In this document: one piece after another, positions 1 to 9,126 of the stretch
Numbering within the stretch: position 1 is the first letter of the stretch
Layout: each line of letters begins with the position of its first letter
Translations under genes and position numbers: made by a program
DNA from: an uncultured Clostridia bacterium
GTDB lineage: Bacteria > Bacillota > Clostridia > Christensenellales > UBA1242
NCBI GenBank assembly: GCA_944332395.1
Contig: CALVJV010000003.1
Location: 1 to 55,454 of the forward strand
Reading direction: 5' to 3'
Length of the DNA: 55,454 nucleotides
Notes under the pieces: model-generated
The model's database searches: none
Seen by the model: the letters and a program-made list of their open reading frames with translations, nothing else
Told to the model about the DNA's origin: nothing

Positions 1-2
1 TA

Positions 3-287
3 AGTATTGATAGATCAATTTTTGCAGAATGTTATAAATGTTTTAAACATAAATTAGTTAATAAAAAAACAAATAATATATTTGATTATATATATTTAAT
101 GAAAAAAAAGTTAAATTTAAAAGAGGAGCAAATTGCGTTTTGTTTGTTCGTTTTTGCCGAATTAGGTTTTTTTGAAATTTATGATTCAAATAATGATGTT
201 CTAGTAAAGGAAAAAATATTATCAAAAAAACAATCTTTAGAAAGTTCTAAAATTTATTGTTTAATAAAAAATGGTATTAAAACCTGA
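3..287 (+). CDS. C-terminal fragment of a larger protein running off the left edge (RecJ-like tail is only a tentative guess)
   Basis: The frame of ORF 99..287 stays open with no stop back to nt 3, so the listed Met is probably internal. The tail ...FVFAELGFFEI... resembles, from memory, the C-terminal region of Firmicute RecJ. Confidence 0.3.
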   Translation, partial: SIDRSIFAECYKCFKHKLVNKKTNNIFDYIYLMKKKLNLKEEQIAFCLFVFAELGFFEIYDSNNDVLVKEKILSKKQSLESSKIYCLIKNGIKT

Positions 288-1449
288 TAGTTTTGTTTTG
301 AATTGTCCAAATAAAATTAGCATATTTAAGAGCGCTAACTGGAGCAACATTTTTTAATCGAAAAACTCTATTATCAGAGCAGGAGATTTGAAGACCACAC
401 GTTCCTTCAATGCCTATACCCACAATATTGGGAATTGGAATTTCAATCCTTGATTTTTTATTTGCAATAAGCAATCTATCGGTAAATAAAAATGTTTCAT
501 ATGTGCCTAATTTTTTATTTTTATATTTATTTATTTTTTCAAGAACAATCCAGTTAGGATCATGCAATATAACTTCATCATTTTGTCTTTTGTTTAAATT
601 AAGATCTAAAATATGATTTTTTTGCCATCTATCCCATTCATCTAAACGGTCAAATTTGCCACCAACAATATGCCCATTATCTAAATAAGTGCATGAATCT
701 CCGCAGGCAGAGCACCAAAACCTGTCGTCTTTACTTCTAATTGTCCCAATAGCACCACACTCTGGACAAGCATAGAGCATTGTTTCAATCCCTTCGGCTA
801 TTTTTTTTCCATAAAAATGCAAGGCTTCTTTTTCTTGAACTTCGTATGCATTAATGCGAATGCCATCAACAATGCGATTGTAGACTTCATCAATAGATAG
901 TTGTTCAAGTTCTTTTGGTGAAATAACTTCATTCACATAGGCATGAATTTTTGCCTTTCTTTTTGTTTTTGACCAGCGGGGTTGACTAAAATAACCGCCT
1001 TCAATATGAAATAAAACAACAGGAATGTTCAATTTCTTTGCGAGTTTTGCAATAGTCGGTTTAATATAGGACATATCTCCGGCAAAGCTTTTATTACCTT
1101 CAGGAAAAATTCCAACTGCGCCGCCTTGATTTACCACCGAAATAATTTCTCTAACAACTCCAGCATCCAAAGAAGATTTAGTAATTGGAAGAGGTCTAAC
1201 AAAAAATTTAACTAGCTTTCCCGCCACAGGGATACTAGAAACATGGTCACTCATAACAAAATATATAGGGCATTTAAATGCTCCAGCGACAAAAAAAGCA
1301 TCATAATCGGTTGTATGATTTGCTAGTATTAAAAAAGGAGGTTTTAATTTGCTTTTTTCGAGAACTAAACCAAACTTATTTTTCATCGAACACATCAAAC
1401 AGGGTGCAATTAAGTTTTTAATAAATTTATGACGATTTTTTATTTTCAT
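277..1449 (-). CDS. PlsC/LPLAT-family acyltransferase with C-terminal zinc-ribbon-like domain
   Basis: HX4D motif (ANHTTDYD) and FPEGN block typical of 1-acylglycerol-3-phosphate acyltransferases. CPECG...CSACG cysteine pairs downstream. SD ggagtg upstream of the ATG. Confidence 0.7.
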   Translation of the reverse strand: MKIKNRHKFIKNLIAPCLMCSMKNKFGLVLEKSKLKPPFLILANHTTDYDAFFVAGAFKCPIYFVMSDHVSSIPVAGKLVKFFVRPLPITKSSLDAGVVREIISVVNQGGAVGIFPEGNKSFAGDMSYIKPTIAKLAKKLNIPVVLFHIEGGYFSQPRWSKTKRKAKIHAYVNEVISPKELEQLSIDEVYNRIVDGIRINAYEVQEKEALHFYGKKIAEGIETMLYACPECGAIGTIRSKDDRFWCSACGDSCTYLDNGHIVGGKFDRLDEWDRWQKNHILDLNLNKRQNDEVILHDPNWIVLEKINKYKNKKLGTYETFLFTDRLLIANKKSRIEIPIPNIVGIGIEGTCGLQISCSDNRVFRLKNVAPVSALKYANFIWTIQNKTIRF

Positions 1450-1576
1450 TAAATTTTCACTCCAATATTAATATATTCTAACATAAAAAAAATATCTAGC
1501 CAAACAAAAAATAGTTGATTTATTTTCGTGATAAATTAAATAAAAATGAACATACTAATACCAAAGGAGAAGCATT

Positions 1577-2215
1577 ATGACAGAAAAATTTGATACACAA
1601 AGTGAACAAATTAAAGTGAGGAAGGTTAAGAACTACGATGCAAAAGACATAATAACTGATAACAAATCCTCTAAAAATGTAAAGAAAGCCGAAAAGCATA
1701 AAAAAGAACAAAACCCTGTAAATACTGAAAAACAATCTATAGCAAAAACCGAGACAAAAAATAGTAAAGGCACAGATACAAAATGGACAAAAGTATTAAT
1801 TGGAACAGTATATATTTTTGGAATGTTTAGTATTTTATATTTGTTATCATCATGGTGGTACTTTTTAGGACTAATTGGTTTGGCTGTTCCAATTTTGGTG
1901 TATTTTTTAGCAAAACAAGAAAGTGTAAAGAAAGCAAGTGGAAAAGTTTTTTTTGTTAATTTGTGTGCAACGATTGTATCAGCTCTTTTTTGGGTTTTAT
2001 ACTTGACAACCAGGCATTATGGAATAGGATTTATGTCTAGCATATTCAGAGCATTACAAATTGCTGGTGCAGTTGCGGGATTATTTATGGTAGGGTATTA
2101 TATGTTGGAGTATTTTACAAATGGAAAAACATCTGTGCCATGGTTATCAAAGATGACTCATAAGGCAGAAGACATGGTTAAAACAAAAGAAACCGAAAAG
2201 GTTAAAATAAAATAA
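1577..2215 (+). CDS. hypothetical membrane protein (Lys-rich N-terminus plus about 4 hydrophobic helices)
   Basis: SD aaggag upstream. About 75 aa basic low-complexity N-terminus followed by hydrophobic segments. A terminator follows. No family recognised. Confidence 0.5.
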   Translation: MTEKFDTQSEQIKVRKVKNYDAKDIITDNKSSKNVKKAEKHKKEQNPVNTEKQSIAKTETKNSKGTDTKWTKVLIGTVYIFGMFSILYLLSSWWYFLGLIGLAVPILVYFLAKQESVKKASGKVFFVNLCATIVSALFWVLYLTTRHYGIGFMSSIFRALQIAGAVAGLFMVGYYMLEYFTNGKTSVPWLSKMTHKAEDMVKTKETEKVKIK

Positions 2216-2224
2216 TAAATGAAT

Positions 2225-2257
2225 AAAAAAAATCGTAGAATGTTCTACGATTTTTTT
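2225..2257 (+). terminator. rho-independent terminator after the membrane protein gene
   Basis: Arms atcgtagaa (2232-2240) and ttctacgat (2243-2251), followed by a T7 run. Confidence 0.7.
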
Positions 2258-2312
2258 ATATATTGTTTGCTCATTTTTTTCTGTAATGATAAAATAAGTT
2301 AGAGGTATTTTT

Positions 2313-3494
2313 ATGGATTTATTTGAAAAGTGTAAGAATTATAAAGTAGTTGATGAATATCAAAAACAAGGCATATATCCATATTTTCATATGCTACAAA
2401 CAAAACAGAATACAGAAGTAACCATGGAAGGCATACATCAAATTATGATTGGTTCAAATAATTATTTGGGCCTTACATCAGACCGAAGAGTTATAAAGCC
2501 TGCAATAAAGGCCCTAAAAAAATATGGAACTGGTTGCTCGGGTAGTAGGTTTTTAAACGGAACATTAGATTTGCATGTCAAACTTGAAAAAGAATTGGCT
2601 TCATTTTTAAATAAAGAAGACTGTATAACGTTCTCAACAGGATTTCAAACAAATTTGGGCATAATAAGTGCAATTGCAGGCAGGAATGATGTTGTGCTTT
2701 GCGATAAAGAAAATCACGCTAGCATATATGATGCAATAAAATTGTCATACGCCCAAATGATAAGATATGAACATAACAATATGTTAGATTTAGAAACCAA
2801 ACTAAAAGAAATTCCAAGTAATAAAGGAATATTAATAGTAACTGATGGCGTTTTTTCGATGAGTGGTGAAATTTGTAATTTGCCCAAATTGGTTGAACTA
2901 AAAGAAAAATATGGTGCAAGATTAATGATAGACGACGCACATGGCCTTGGAGTTCTAGGAAAATGTGGTCGTGGAACAGCTGAATATTTTAATATGGAGC
3001 AAAAAGTAGATCTAATTTCTGGAACATTTTCAAAATCTTTAGCAAGTATAGGTGGATATTGTGTTGCATCAAGCGAAGTAATTAAATATATTAGACACAA
3101 TTCAAGGCCTTTTATTTTTTCCGCTTCAATCACACCAGTAGCGCTGGCAACAGTTCTCGCATCGTTAAAAATTTTAAAGGAAGAACCACAACGAGTAAAT
3201 AGACTTCAAAGAGTTGGCGATTTTATGCGTTCTGAATTAGATAGACTAAATATAACATACAAAAAAGGAAAAACGCCAATAATTCCAATATATACCTACG
3301 ATGCCACAACAACACTAAAGGTATGCAAACGCCTATTTGAAGAAGGAGTATATGTTAATCCCGTATTACCGCCAGCCACTCCACAAGGTGAATGTTTAAT
3401 AAGAACTAGTTATATTGCAACTCATACAAAAAAACAATTAACTATTGCTGCTGAAAAAATAAAAAAAGTTTTAGATGAATTTGAAATAAAATAA
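2313..3494 (+). CDS. alpha-oxoamine synthase (PLP-dependent acyl-CoA/ACP:amino acid C-acyltransferase), serine palmitoyltransferase-like
   Basis: Blocks GTGCSGSRFLNGT, STGFQTNLG, HASIYD, DDAHGLGVLG and the PLP-lysine motif SGTFSKS. The GSRxLNGT / HASIYD pattern looks closer to SPT than to BioF or Kbl (from memory). Confidence 0.75.
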   Translation: MDLFEKCKNYKVVDEYQKQGIYPYFHMLQTKQNTEVTMEGIHQIMIGSNNYLGLTSDRRVIKPAIKALKKYGTGCSGSRFLNGTLDLHVKLEKELASFLNKEDCITFSTGFQTNLGIISAIAGRNDVVLCDKENHASIYDAIKLSYAQMIRYEHNNMLDLETKLKEIPSNKGILIVTDGVFSMSGEICNLPKLVELKEKYGARLMIDDAHGLGVLGKCGRGTAEYFNMEQKVDLISGTFSKSLASIGGYCVASSEVIKYIRHNSRPFIFSASITPVALATVLASLKILKEEPQRVNRLQRVGDFMRSELDRLNITYKKGKTPIIPIYTYDATTTLKVCKRLFEEGVYVNPVLPPATPQGECLIRTSYIATHTKKQLTIAAEKIKKVLDEFEIK

Positions 3495-3615
3495 AAAACA
3501 CTAGACAAAACAAGAGTGGTATGATAATATAAAAAAGTTGCATTACCCAGTTCGTGGTTTGTCGAAACCCAAAACGCATTTCTACGATTAGGGTGTAAAT
3601 TTATAGGAGGGAATT

Positions 3616-3879
3616 ATGGAAAAAGCAAGAAAACAAGAAATAATTGCAGAAAATGCTAGAAAAGAAGGAGACACAGGTTCTCCAGAGGTTCAAATTGCAT
3701 TACTGACTGAACGCATTAATCATTTGAACGAACATTTGAAAGCACATCCGAATGATCATCATTCAAGACGTGGTCTTTTGCAGTTAGTTGGTAACAGGCG
3801 TCGTTTGTTAAACTACTTAAAAGAAACAAATCTTGAAGGATACCGTGCTTTAATTTCTAAATTAGGAATAAGAAAATAA
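3616..3879 (+). CDS. rpsO: 30S ribosomal protein S15
   Basis: 87 aa with [38 protein letters not shown], typical of S15. SD aggaggg. Located upstream of pnp. Confidence 0.95.
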   Translation: MEKARKQEIIAENARKEGDTGSPEVQIALLTERINHLNEHLKAHPNDHHSRRGLLQLVGNRRRLLNYLKETNLEGYRALISKLGIRK

Positions 3880-3885
3880 CAAATA

Positions 3886-3916
3886 GGGCGAAGAAAAGTC
3901 TTCGCCCATATTTTCA
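3886..3916 (+). terminator. hairpin/terminator between rpsO and pnp
   Basis: Arms gggcgaaga (3886-3894) and tcttcgccc (3899-3907), then atattttcagtttt. Could act as a partial terminator or processing site. Confidence 0.6.
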
Positions 3917-3965
3917 GTTTTAGACATGAGTCCAAAGCTGGGTTATGTAGAAGGGAGAAAGTAAA

Positions 3966-6050
3966 ATGGATAAACAATTTAAAACTATTATTGGCGGAAA
4001 AGAAATAAGTGTTGAACTTGGGAAATATTGTGAATTTGCTGATGGTTCATGTATAGTAACAAGTGGAGAAACTAGAGTAATGGTAAATGTTACTATGTCA
4101 AAACAACCTAGACCAGGAATGGATTTTTTCCCATTGGGAGTAGACTTTGAAGAAAAAATGTATTCTGTAGGAAAGATTCCTGGATCATTTAAAAGACGAG
4201 AAGGAAGAGCTAGTGACAAAGGAATTTTAACAAGTAGGTTAATTGATAGACCAATAAGACCATTGTTTCCAAAAGGTTTTTATAACGATGTAGCAGTGGT
4301 AGCAACAGCACTATCAGTGAGTCAAGATAATCCACCAGAGGCTTTAGCAATGATTGGATCGTCTGTTGCCTTATCAATATCGGACATTCCATTTAGTGGA
4401 CCAACTGGATCAGTTGTCGTTGGTAGAGTTAATGGTAAATTAATTATTAATCCAAATGACCAAGAAACAGATTTGTCCGACTTACATTTAACAGTTTCTG
4501 GCACCAAAGATGCCATAATGATGGTAGAAGCTGGAGCCAACGAAGTTACCGAAAATGATATGTTAGAAGCTATCATGTTTGCTCATGAAGAAATCAAAAA
4601 AATAGTTACATTTATTGAATCAATTCAAAAAGAAGTAGGAAAACCAAAAGCAGAAATAGAATACTATTCAGTTCCTTCAGAAATCGAAAAAGCGGTTTAC
4701 GAGTATGCGGATAAAAAAATGGATAAAGTTTTGCAAATCACGTCTGATAAAGAAACTAGACAAAATTTGGAAGAAGAATTTGAGAAAGATGTTTATGATC
4801 ATTTCGCAGAAATATATCCTGAAAATGCAAGAGAAATTGGCGATACTCTCTATAAAATGAAAAAAGAAAAGGTTCGAAGAAAAATTCTAGACGAAGGTGT
4901 TAGGCCAGATGGCAGAACATCCACTGAAATTAGACCAATTTGGTGTGAAGTTGGTGTATTGCCAAGAGTCCATGGATCAAGTGTTTTTACAAGAGGTCAA
5001 ACTCAAGTACTTAACGCACTAACATTGGGAACAATAAGTGAAGTACAAAAACTTGATGGTTTGGATTTAGGTGAAGAAACAAAAAGATATATGCATCAAT
5101 ACAACATGCCACCTTATGCGACCGGCGAAGCAAAGCCTTTAAAAAGCCCTGGAAGACGCGAAATAGGGCATGGAGCATTGGCAGAAAGAGCACTTGAACC
5201 AGTTATTCCAAGTGAAGAAGATTTCCCTTATGCATTAAGATTAGTTAGTGAAGTTTTATCAAGTAATGGATCAAGTTCTATGGCAAGTGTTTGCGCTTCA
5301 ACATTATCATTAATGGATGCTGGAGTGCCGATTAAAGCGCCAGTTGCTGGAGTAGCTATGGGACTAATAAAAGATACTGATAGCAATAAAGTAGCAATTT
5401 TAACAGATATTCAAGGTCTTGAGGATTTTTTGGGAGACATGGATTTCAAGGTTGCAGGTACCACAAGAGGAATCACAGCAATACAAATGGACATTAAAAT
5501 AAAAGGAATTGACAAAGCCATATTAACCAAAGCTCTTGAACAAGCAAGAAAAGGAAGACTAGAAATTCTAGATAAGATGTTAAAAACTATATCTCAACCC
5601 AGAAAAGAACTTTCAAAATATGCACCAAAAATAATAGCTTTTGACATAAATCCAGATAAAATTAGAGAAGTTATAGGATCTGGTGGCAAAACTATAAATA
5701 AAATAATTGAAGAAACAGGTGTAAAAATTGACATAACTGATGAGGGTAGAGTTATGATTGCTTCAACCAATTCTGCAGCTCAACAAAGAGCAAAAGAACT
5801 AATTGAGGACATAGTTTTTGAACCTGAATTAAATCAAATTTACACGGGAACCGTTGTAAGAATTTTGCAATTTGGCGCATTTGTTGAAATAAAAACTGAA
5901 TGCGAGGGTATGATTCATATATCAAAATTATCATCAGCGCACGTAGAAAAAGTAGAAGATGTAGTAAAAATTGGTGATAGAGTAAAAGTTCAAGTTATCA
6001 AAATTGATGAAAAGGGTAGAATTGATTTAAAATTAATTGAAAAGTTATAA
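3966..6050 (+). CDS. pnp: polyribonucleotide nucleotidyltransferase (PNPase)
   Basis: 694 aa with two RNase PH-like halves, a KH region (IREVIGSGGKTINKI) and a C-terminal S1 region (YTGTVVRILQFGAFVEI). rpsO-pnp synteny. Confidence 0.95.
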   Translation: MDKQFKTIIGGKEISVELGKYCEFADGSCIVTSGETRVMVNVTMSKQPRPGMDFFPLGVDFEEKMYSVGKIPGSFKRREGRASDKGILTSRLIDRPIRPLFPKGFYNDVAVVATALSVSQDNPPEALAMIGSSVALSISDIPFSGPTGSVVVGRVNGKLIINPNDQETDLSDLHLTVSGTKDAIMMVEAGANEVTENDMLEAIMFAHEEIKKIVTFIESIQKEVGKPKAEIEYYSVPSEIEKAVYEYADKKMDKVLQITSDKETRQNLEEEFEKDVYDHFAEIYPENAREIGDTLYKMKKEKVRRKILDEGVRPDGRTSTEIRPIWCEVGVLPRVHGSSVFTRGQTQVLNALTLGTISEVQKLDGLDLGEETKRYMHQYNMPPYATGEAKPLKSPGRREIGHGALAERALEPVIPSEEDFPYALRLVSEVLSSNGSSSMASVCASTLSLMDAGVPIKAPVAGVAMGLIKDTDSNKVAILTDIQGLEDFLGDMDFKVAGTTRGITAIQMDIKIKGIDKAILTKALEQARKGRLEILDKMLKTISQPRKELSKYAPKIIAFDINPDKIREVIGSGGKTINKIIEETGVKIDITDEGRVMIASTNSAAQQRAKELIEDIVFEPELNQIYTGTVVRILQFGAFVEIKTECEGMIHISKLSSAHVEKVEDVVKIGDRVKVQVIKIDEKGRIDLKLIEKL

Positions 6051-6079
6051 TTTTTATAGATTATAATACAGACAAAAAT

Positions 6080-6111
6080 GGTGTTATGTCTAGCATAATA
6101 CCTTTTTTTTT
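6080..6111 (+). terminator. rho-independent terminator after pnp
   Basis: Arms ggtgttatg (6080-6088) and cataatacc (6094-6102, one G-U pair), followed by a T9 run. Confidence 0.65.
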
Positions 6112-6147
6112 GTAATTTATCTCATAAATCCTTCATAAAATATTTAT

Positions 6148-6870
6148 ATGAAAATAAATAAGCCGTCAAAAACTCAAACAATCATAAATATTTCAACAAA
6201 TATTATTTTGTTGGGTTTAGTTATAATAATTTCATTATTTTCATTTATGCCAAAAACCGTTACGACTGCGGGCGGCAACAAAATGGCCATCTATAATGGA
6301 AACAAAAATAGCGACAAAGTTTCATTAATGATTAATGTTTCTTGGGGAACAGAATATATAGAACAAATTTTAACTATTCTTAAAGAATATAACATAAAAA
6401 CAACCTTTTTTGTTGGTGGAATTTGGGTTGAAGAAAATCAAGCTACATTAAAAAATATTATAAATAATGGTCACGAAATTGGAAATCATGGATATTTACA
6501 CAAAGACCACTCAAAACTTGACGAAAGTTCTAATAAGCAAGAGATTCAAGCTTGTCAAAATATAGTAAAAAGCACAACAGGAATAGAAATGACTCTATTT
6601 GCACCACCTTCTGGCGCATATAGTGATTTAACAATAAATGCAGCTGAATCTTTAAACATGCAAACAATAATGTGGACAAGAGACACTATTGATTGGAGAG
6701 ATAAGAATGCCGAATTAATATATAATCGAGCAGTAAAAAATGTTGCGGGTGGAGACTTAATATTGATGCATCCTACTGAAAAAACAGTTGAAGCATTGCC
6801 CAAAATAATTGAGACAATATTAACTAAAAATTTAAAAATAACTACTGTATCAGAAACAATAAAGCCCTAA
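6148..6870 (+). CDS. polysaccharide deacetylase (NodB domain), sporulation PdaB/YlxY-like
   Basis: N-terminal membrane anchor. NodB-type blocks (TFFVGGIW, HEIGNHGY, LFAPPSGAY, MWTRDTIDW, LMHP). The position right after pnp mirrors B. subtilis pnpA-ylxY. No obvious SD. Confidence 0.7.
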   Translation: MKINKPSKTQTIINISTNIILLGLVIIISLFSFMPKTVTTAGGNKMAIYNGNKNSDKVSLMINVSWGTEYIEQILTILKEYNIKTTFFVGGIWVEENQATLKNIINNGHEIGNHGYLHKDHSKLDESSNKQEIQACQNIVKSTTGIEMTLFAPPSGAYSDLTINAAESLNMQTIMWTRDTIDWRDKNAELIYNRAVKNVAGGDLILMHPTEKTVEALPKIIETILTKNLKITTVSETIKP

Positions 6871-8990
6871 TCTAATATCTCATCAATGATTTTTTCAAGT
6901 TCTGATTTTTCATCATCATAATTAGAATTAATCATGGTTTTTCCTTGCTGATTAATATCAATTTCGAACGAATTATCAATCGAATAATATGGATTGGAAA
7001 TAAATAAATTGTTAAATGGGTAAAAAATATTTTTTGTTGATTTATCCAATTCATTAAAATATTCATATGGCTTGTTTCTAACTGAAAATAAAGCTGTTTT
7101 TCTATATCTTTGTTCAGTAGAAGGGTCGGCAAGTTTTAATTCATAATTTTCTGTAGCTCGAATATCAAGGTCAAGTTTTACAACCGAATCGGGAACGCAA
7201 AAATCATCAGGATAATTTTTATCGTAAAATTTTTCTAAAATTACTTTATTAAAATTGGTTGGCATTGTTGATCCATTAACAGATGTATCAAAATTAGTTT
7301 TGCTGTCGCCTTTTGTTACTAATGTTGCAAAGATATGTTCAGATGTATATGCTATGTTATAGCAATCTGTATTGTACTCTTTGTTTCCAACTGTTCCTGT
7401 TTTTGTTGCAATTTCAAATGGTAATGAATTTAACTTTTTACCTGTTCCCAATGAAGCACAATCTTGTAACATATTAGTAACTAGATAGCTAGTATCTTCA
7501 CTAAACACTTTTTTATATTTGAGATTTCGTTCATACAACAATGTTCCATCTGCAGTTTTTATTGATTTAATAAAATGAGCTCCCTTAAAAAATCCATCAT
7601 TAAGTGTGGTGTATGCTCCTGCTATTGATTTTAATGTAAATCCATTAGTTAGACCGCCTAAAGCAATAGCCAGATTGTTATCGTTATTCTCTAAAGGTAA
7701 ATCCATTTTTTTTGCATAACTTTTTGATTTTTCGATGCCTAACATATCCAAAATTTTTACAGCGGGAATATTCTTGCTTTTTGCTAAACTTTCTCGAATT
7801 GTTATCCAACCTGAATACATATTACCTGCATTTTGTGGTTGATAACCATTAAAATTAGTTTTGTCATCTAAAATAAAACTTTCTGGATTAATTAATCCTT
7901 CTTCAATTGCTGGGGCATAAACTAAAATTGGCTTAATTGTGGACGCCGGCTGGCGTTTTGAATTTATAAAATCAAATTCCCCAGATGAGCAATATGCAAT
8001 TATTCCACCATTCTTTGAATCCACAATAATAGATCCGAGTGAAGAAGCATTTTGATCTGTTGTGTAATTATTATTTTTTATGGTGTCTTCTAATAAATGT
8101 TGAGCCTCCAAATCGGCATAAGTTTCAATAACTAGAGAACTTTTTTCTAGGCTATCCAAATCAATATTGAGCAAGTTTTTAGCCTCTTCTTTTATGGCTT
8201 GGACAAGTGCTTTTGTATTATTTGATTTATTTAATACAAAATCATGATGATAATTAATTGAGTCGTTATATTGATTGTTATCAATCAAATTTTGTTCTAA
8301 CATAAGTTTTAATACTAAATTTCTTCTTTTAATTGCTTTTTCAAAATGATTAACTGGTTCAGTAGCACTTGGAGCCTTTACAAGTCCGGCCAATAATGCA
8401 CTCTCGGGCAAATTTAAGTCTTTTGCCATTTTTCCAAAATAAAATTGCGAAGCAGCTTCAATTCCCAAACAACCATTACCAAAATATATATTGTTAAGAT
8501 AAGAATTCATTATTTCATCTTTTGATAACTTTTTTTCAACCTGTAAAGCAATCTTAATTTCACGGAGTTTTCTCTTTAATGTTTTATCTCTTGAAAGATG
8601 CGTATTTTTTACTAATTGCTGAGTAATTGTGCTTGCACCCTGACTTTTTTTCATTGACTTAATATTAGCAAAAATAGCACCACCAATTCGTTTTATATCA
8701 ATGCCATTATGACTTAAAAATCTTTTATCCTCAATAGCAATAAAAGCATTTTTAGTATGATCGTTTATTTCGCCCAACATCTTACTATATGTTGATGAAG
8801 AGATTTCTTGTTTTGAAGACGATAAAATTATCAATGGAGAGGGTGCACCAGTAAGTTTTTCTATATCTAATCTAGCATCTGCAGTTACTATTAAAACAAA
8901 AGATAAAGCCGAAATTCCAAAACTAATTACTAACGCCAAAACAATCAATCCAAATTTTTTCCAACTAAATAGTTTTTTTTGTTTTTCCAT
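6867..8990 (-). CDS. class A penicillin-binding protein (glycosyltransferase + transpeptidase)
   Basis: N-terminal TM segment. GT51 motifs EDKRFLSHNGID and GASTITQQL. SxxK-like STIKP and KTGT in the transpeptidase half. Confidence 0.85.
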   Translation of the reverse strand: MEKQKKLFSWKKFGLIVLALVISFGISALSFVLIVTADARLDIEKLTGAPSPLIILSSSKQEISSSTYSKMLGEINDHTKNAFIAIEDKRFLSHNGIDIKRIGGAIFANIKSMKKSQGASTITQQLVKNTHLSRDKTLKRKLREIKIALQVEKKLSKDEIMNSYLNNIYFGNGCLGIEAASQFYFGKMAKDLNLPESALLAGLVKAPSATEPVNHFEKAIKRRNLVLKLMLEQNLIDNNQYNDSINYHHDFVLNKSNNTKALVQAIKEEAKNLLNIDLDSLEKSSLVIETYADLEAQHLLEDTIKNNNYTTDQNASSLGSIIVDSKNGGIIAYCSSGEFDFINSKRQPASTIKPILVYAPAIEEGLINPESFILDDKTNFNGYQPQNAGNMYSGWITIRESLAKSKNIPAVKILDMLGIEKSKSYAKKMDLPLENNDNNLAIALGGLTNGFTLKSIAGAYTTLNDGFFKGAHFIKSIKTADGTLLYERNLKYKKVFSEDTSYLVTNMLQDCASLGTGKKLNSLPFEIATKTGTVGNKEYNTDCYNIAYTSEHIFATLVTKGDSKTNFDTSVNGSTMPTNFNKVILEKFYDKNYPDDFCVPDSVVKLDLDIRATENYELKLADPSTEQRYRKTALFSVRNKPYEYFNELDKSTKNIFYPFNNLFISNPYYSIDNSFEIDINQQGKTMINSNYDDEKSELEKIIDEILD

Positions 8991-9091
8991 TTACTATTAT
9001 GTTGTGATAAAACACTAAAATTATTTAATAAATAACAAAATACGACAAATATCAATTCAAATTTATTTTTAAACAAAAAGATATCAATTCC

Positions 9092-9120
9092 TTGAAATTT
9101 TTTAAAAAAAACACTATAAT
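9092..9120 (+). promoter_or_regulatory. sigma-A-type promoter of miaB (TTGAAA-17-TATAAT), 6 nt before the ATG
   Basis: ttgaaa at 9092-9097, a 17-nt spacer, tataat at 9115-9120. ATG at 9127. No SD in between. Confidence 0.55.
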
Positions 9121-9126
9121 CATATC

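Noticed and set aside
3495-3615. S15 autoregulatory leader upstream of rpsO
   Set aside because: A plausible promoter (TAGACA-17-TAATAT) and some local pairing exist. I could not identify a convincing conserved structure by eye, so I did not annotate it.
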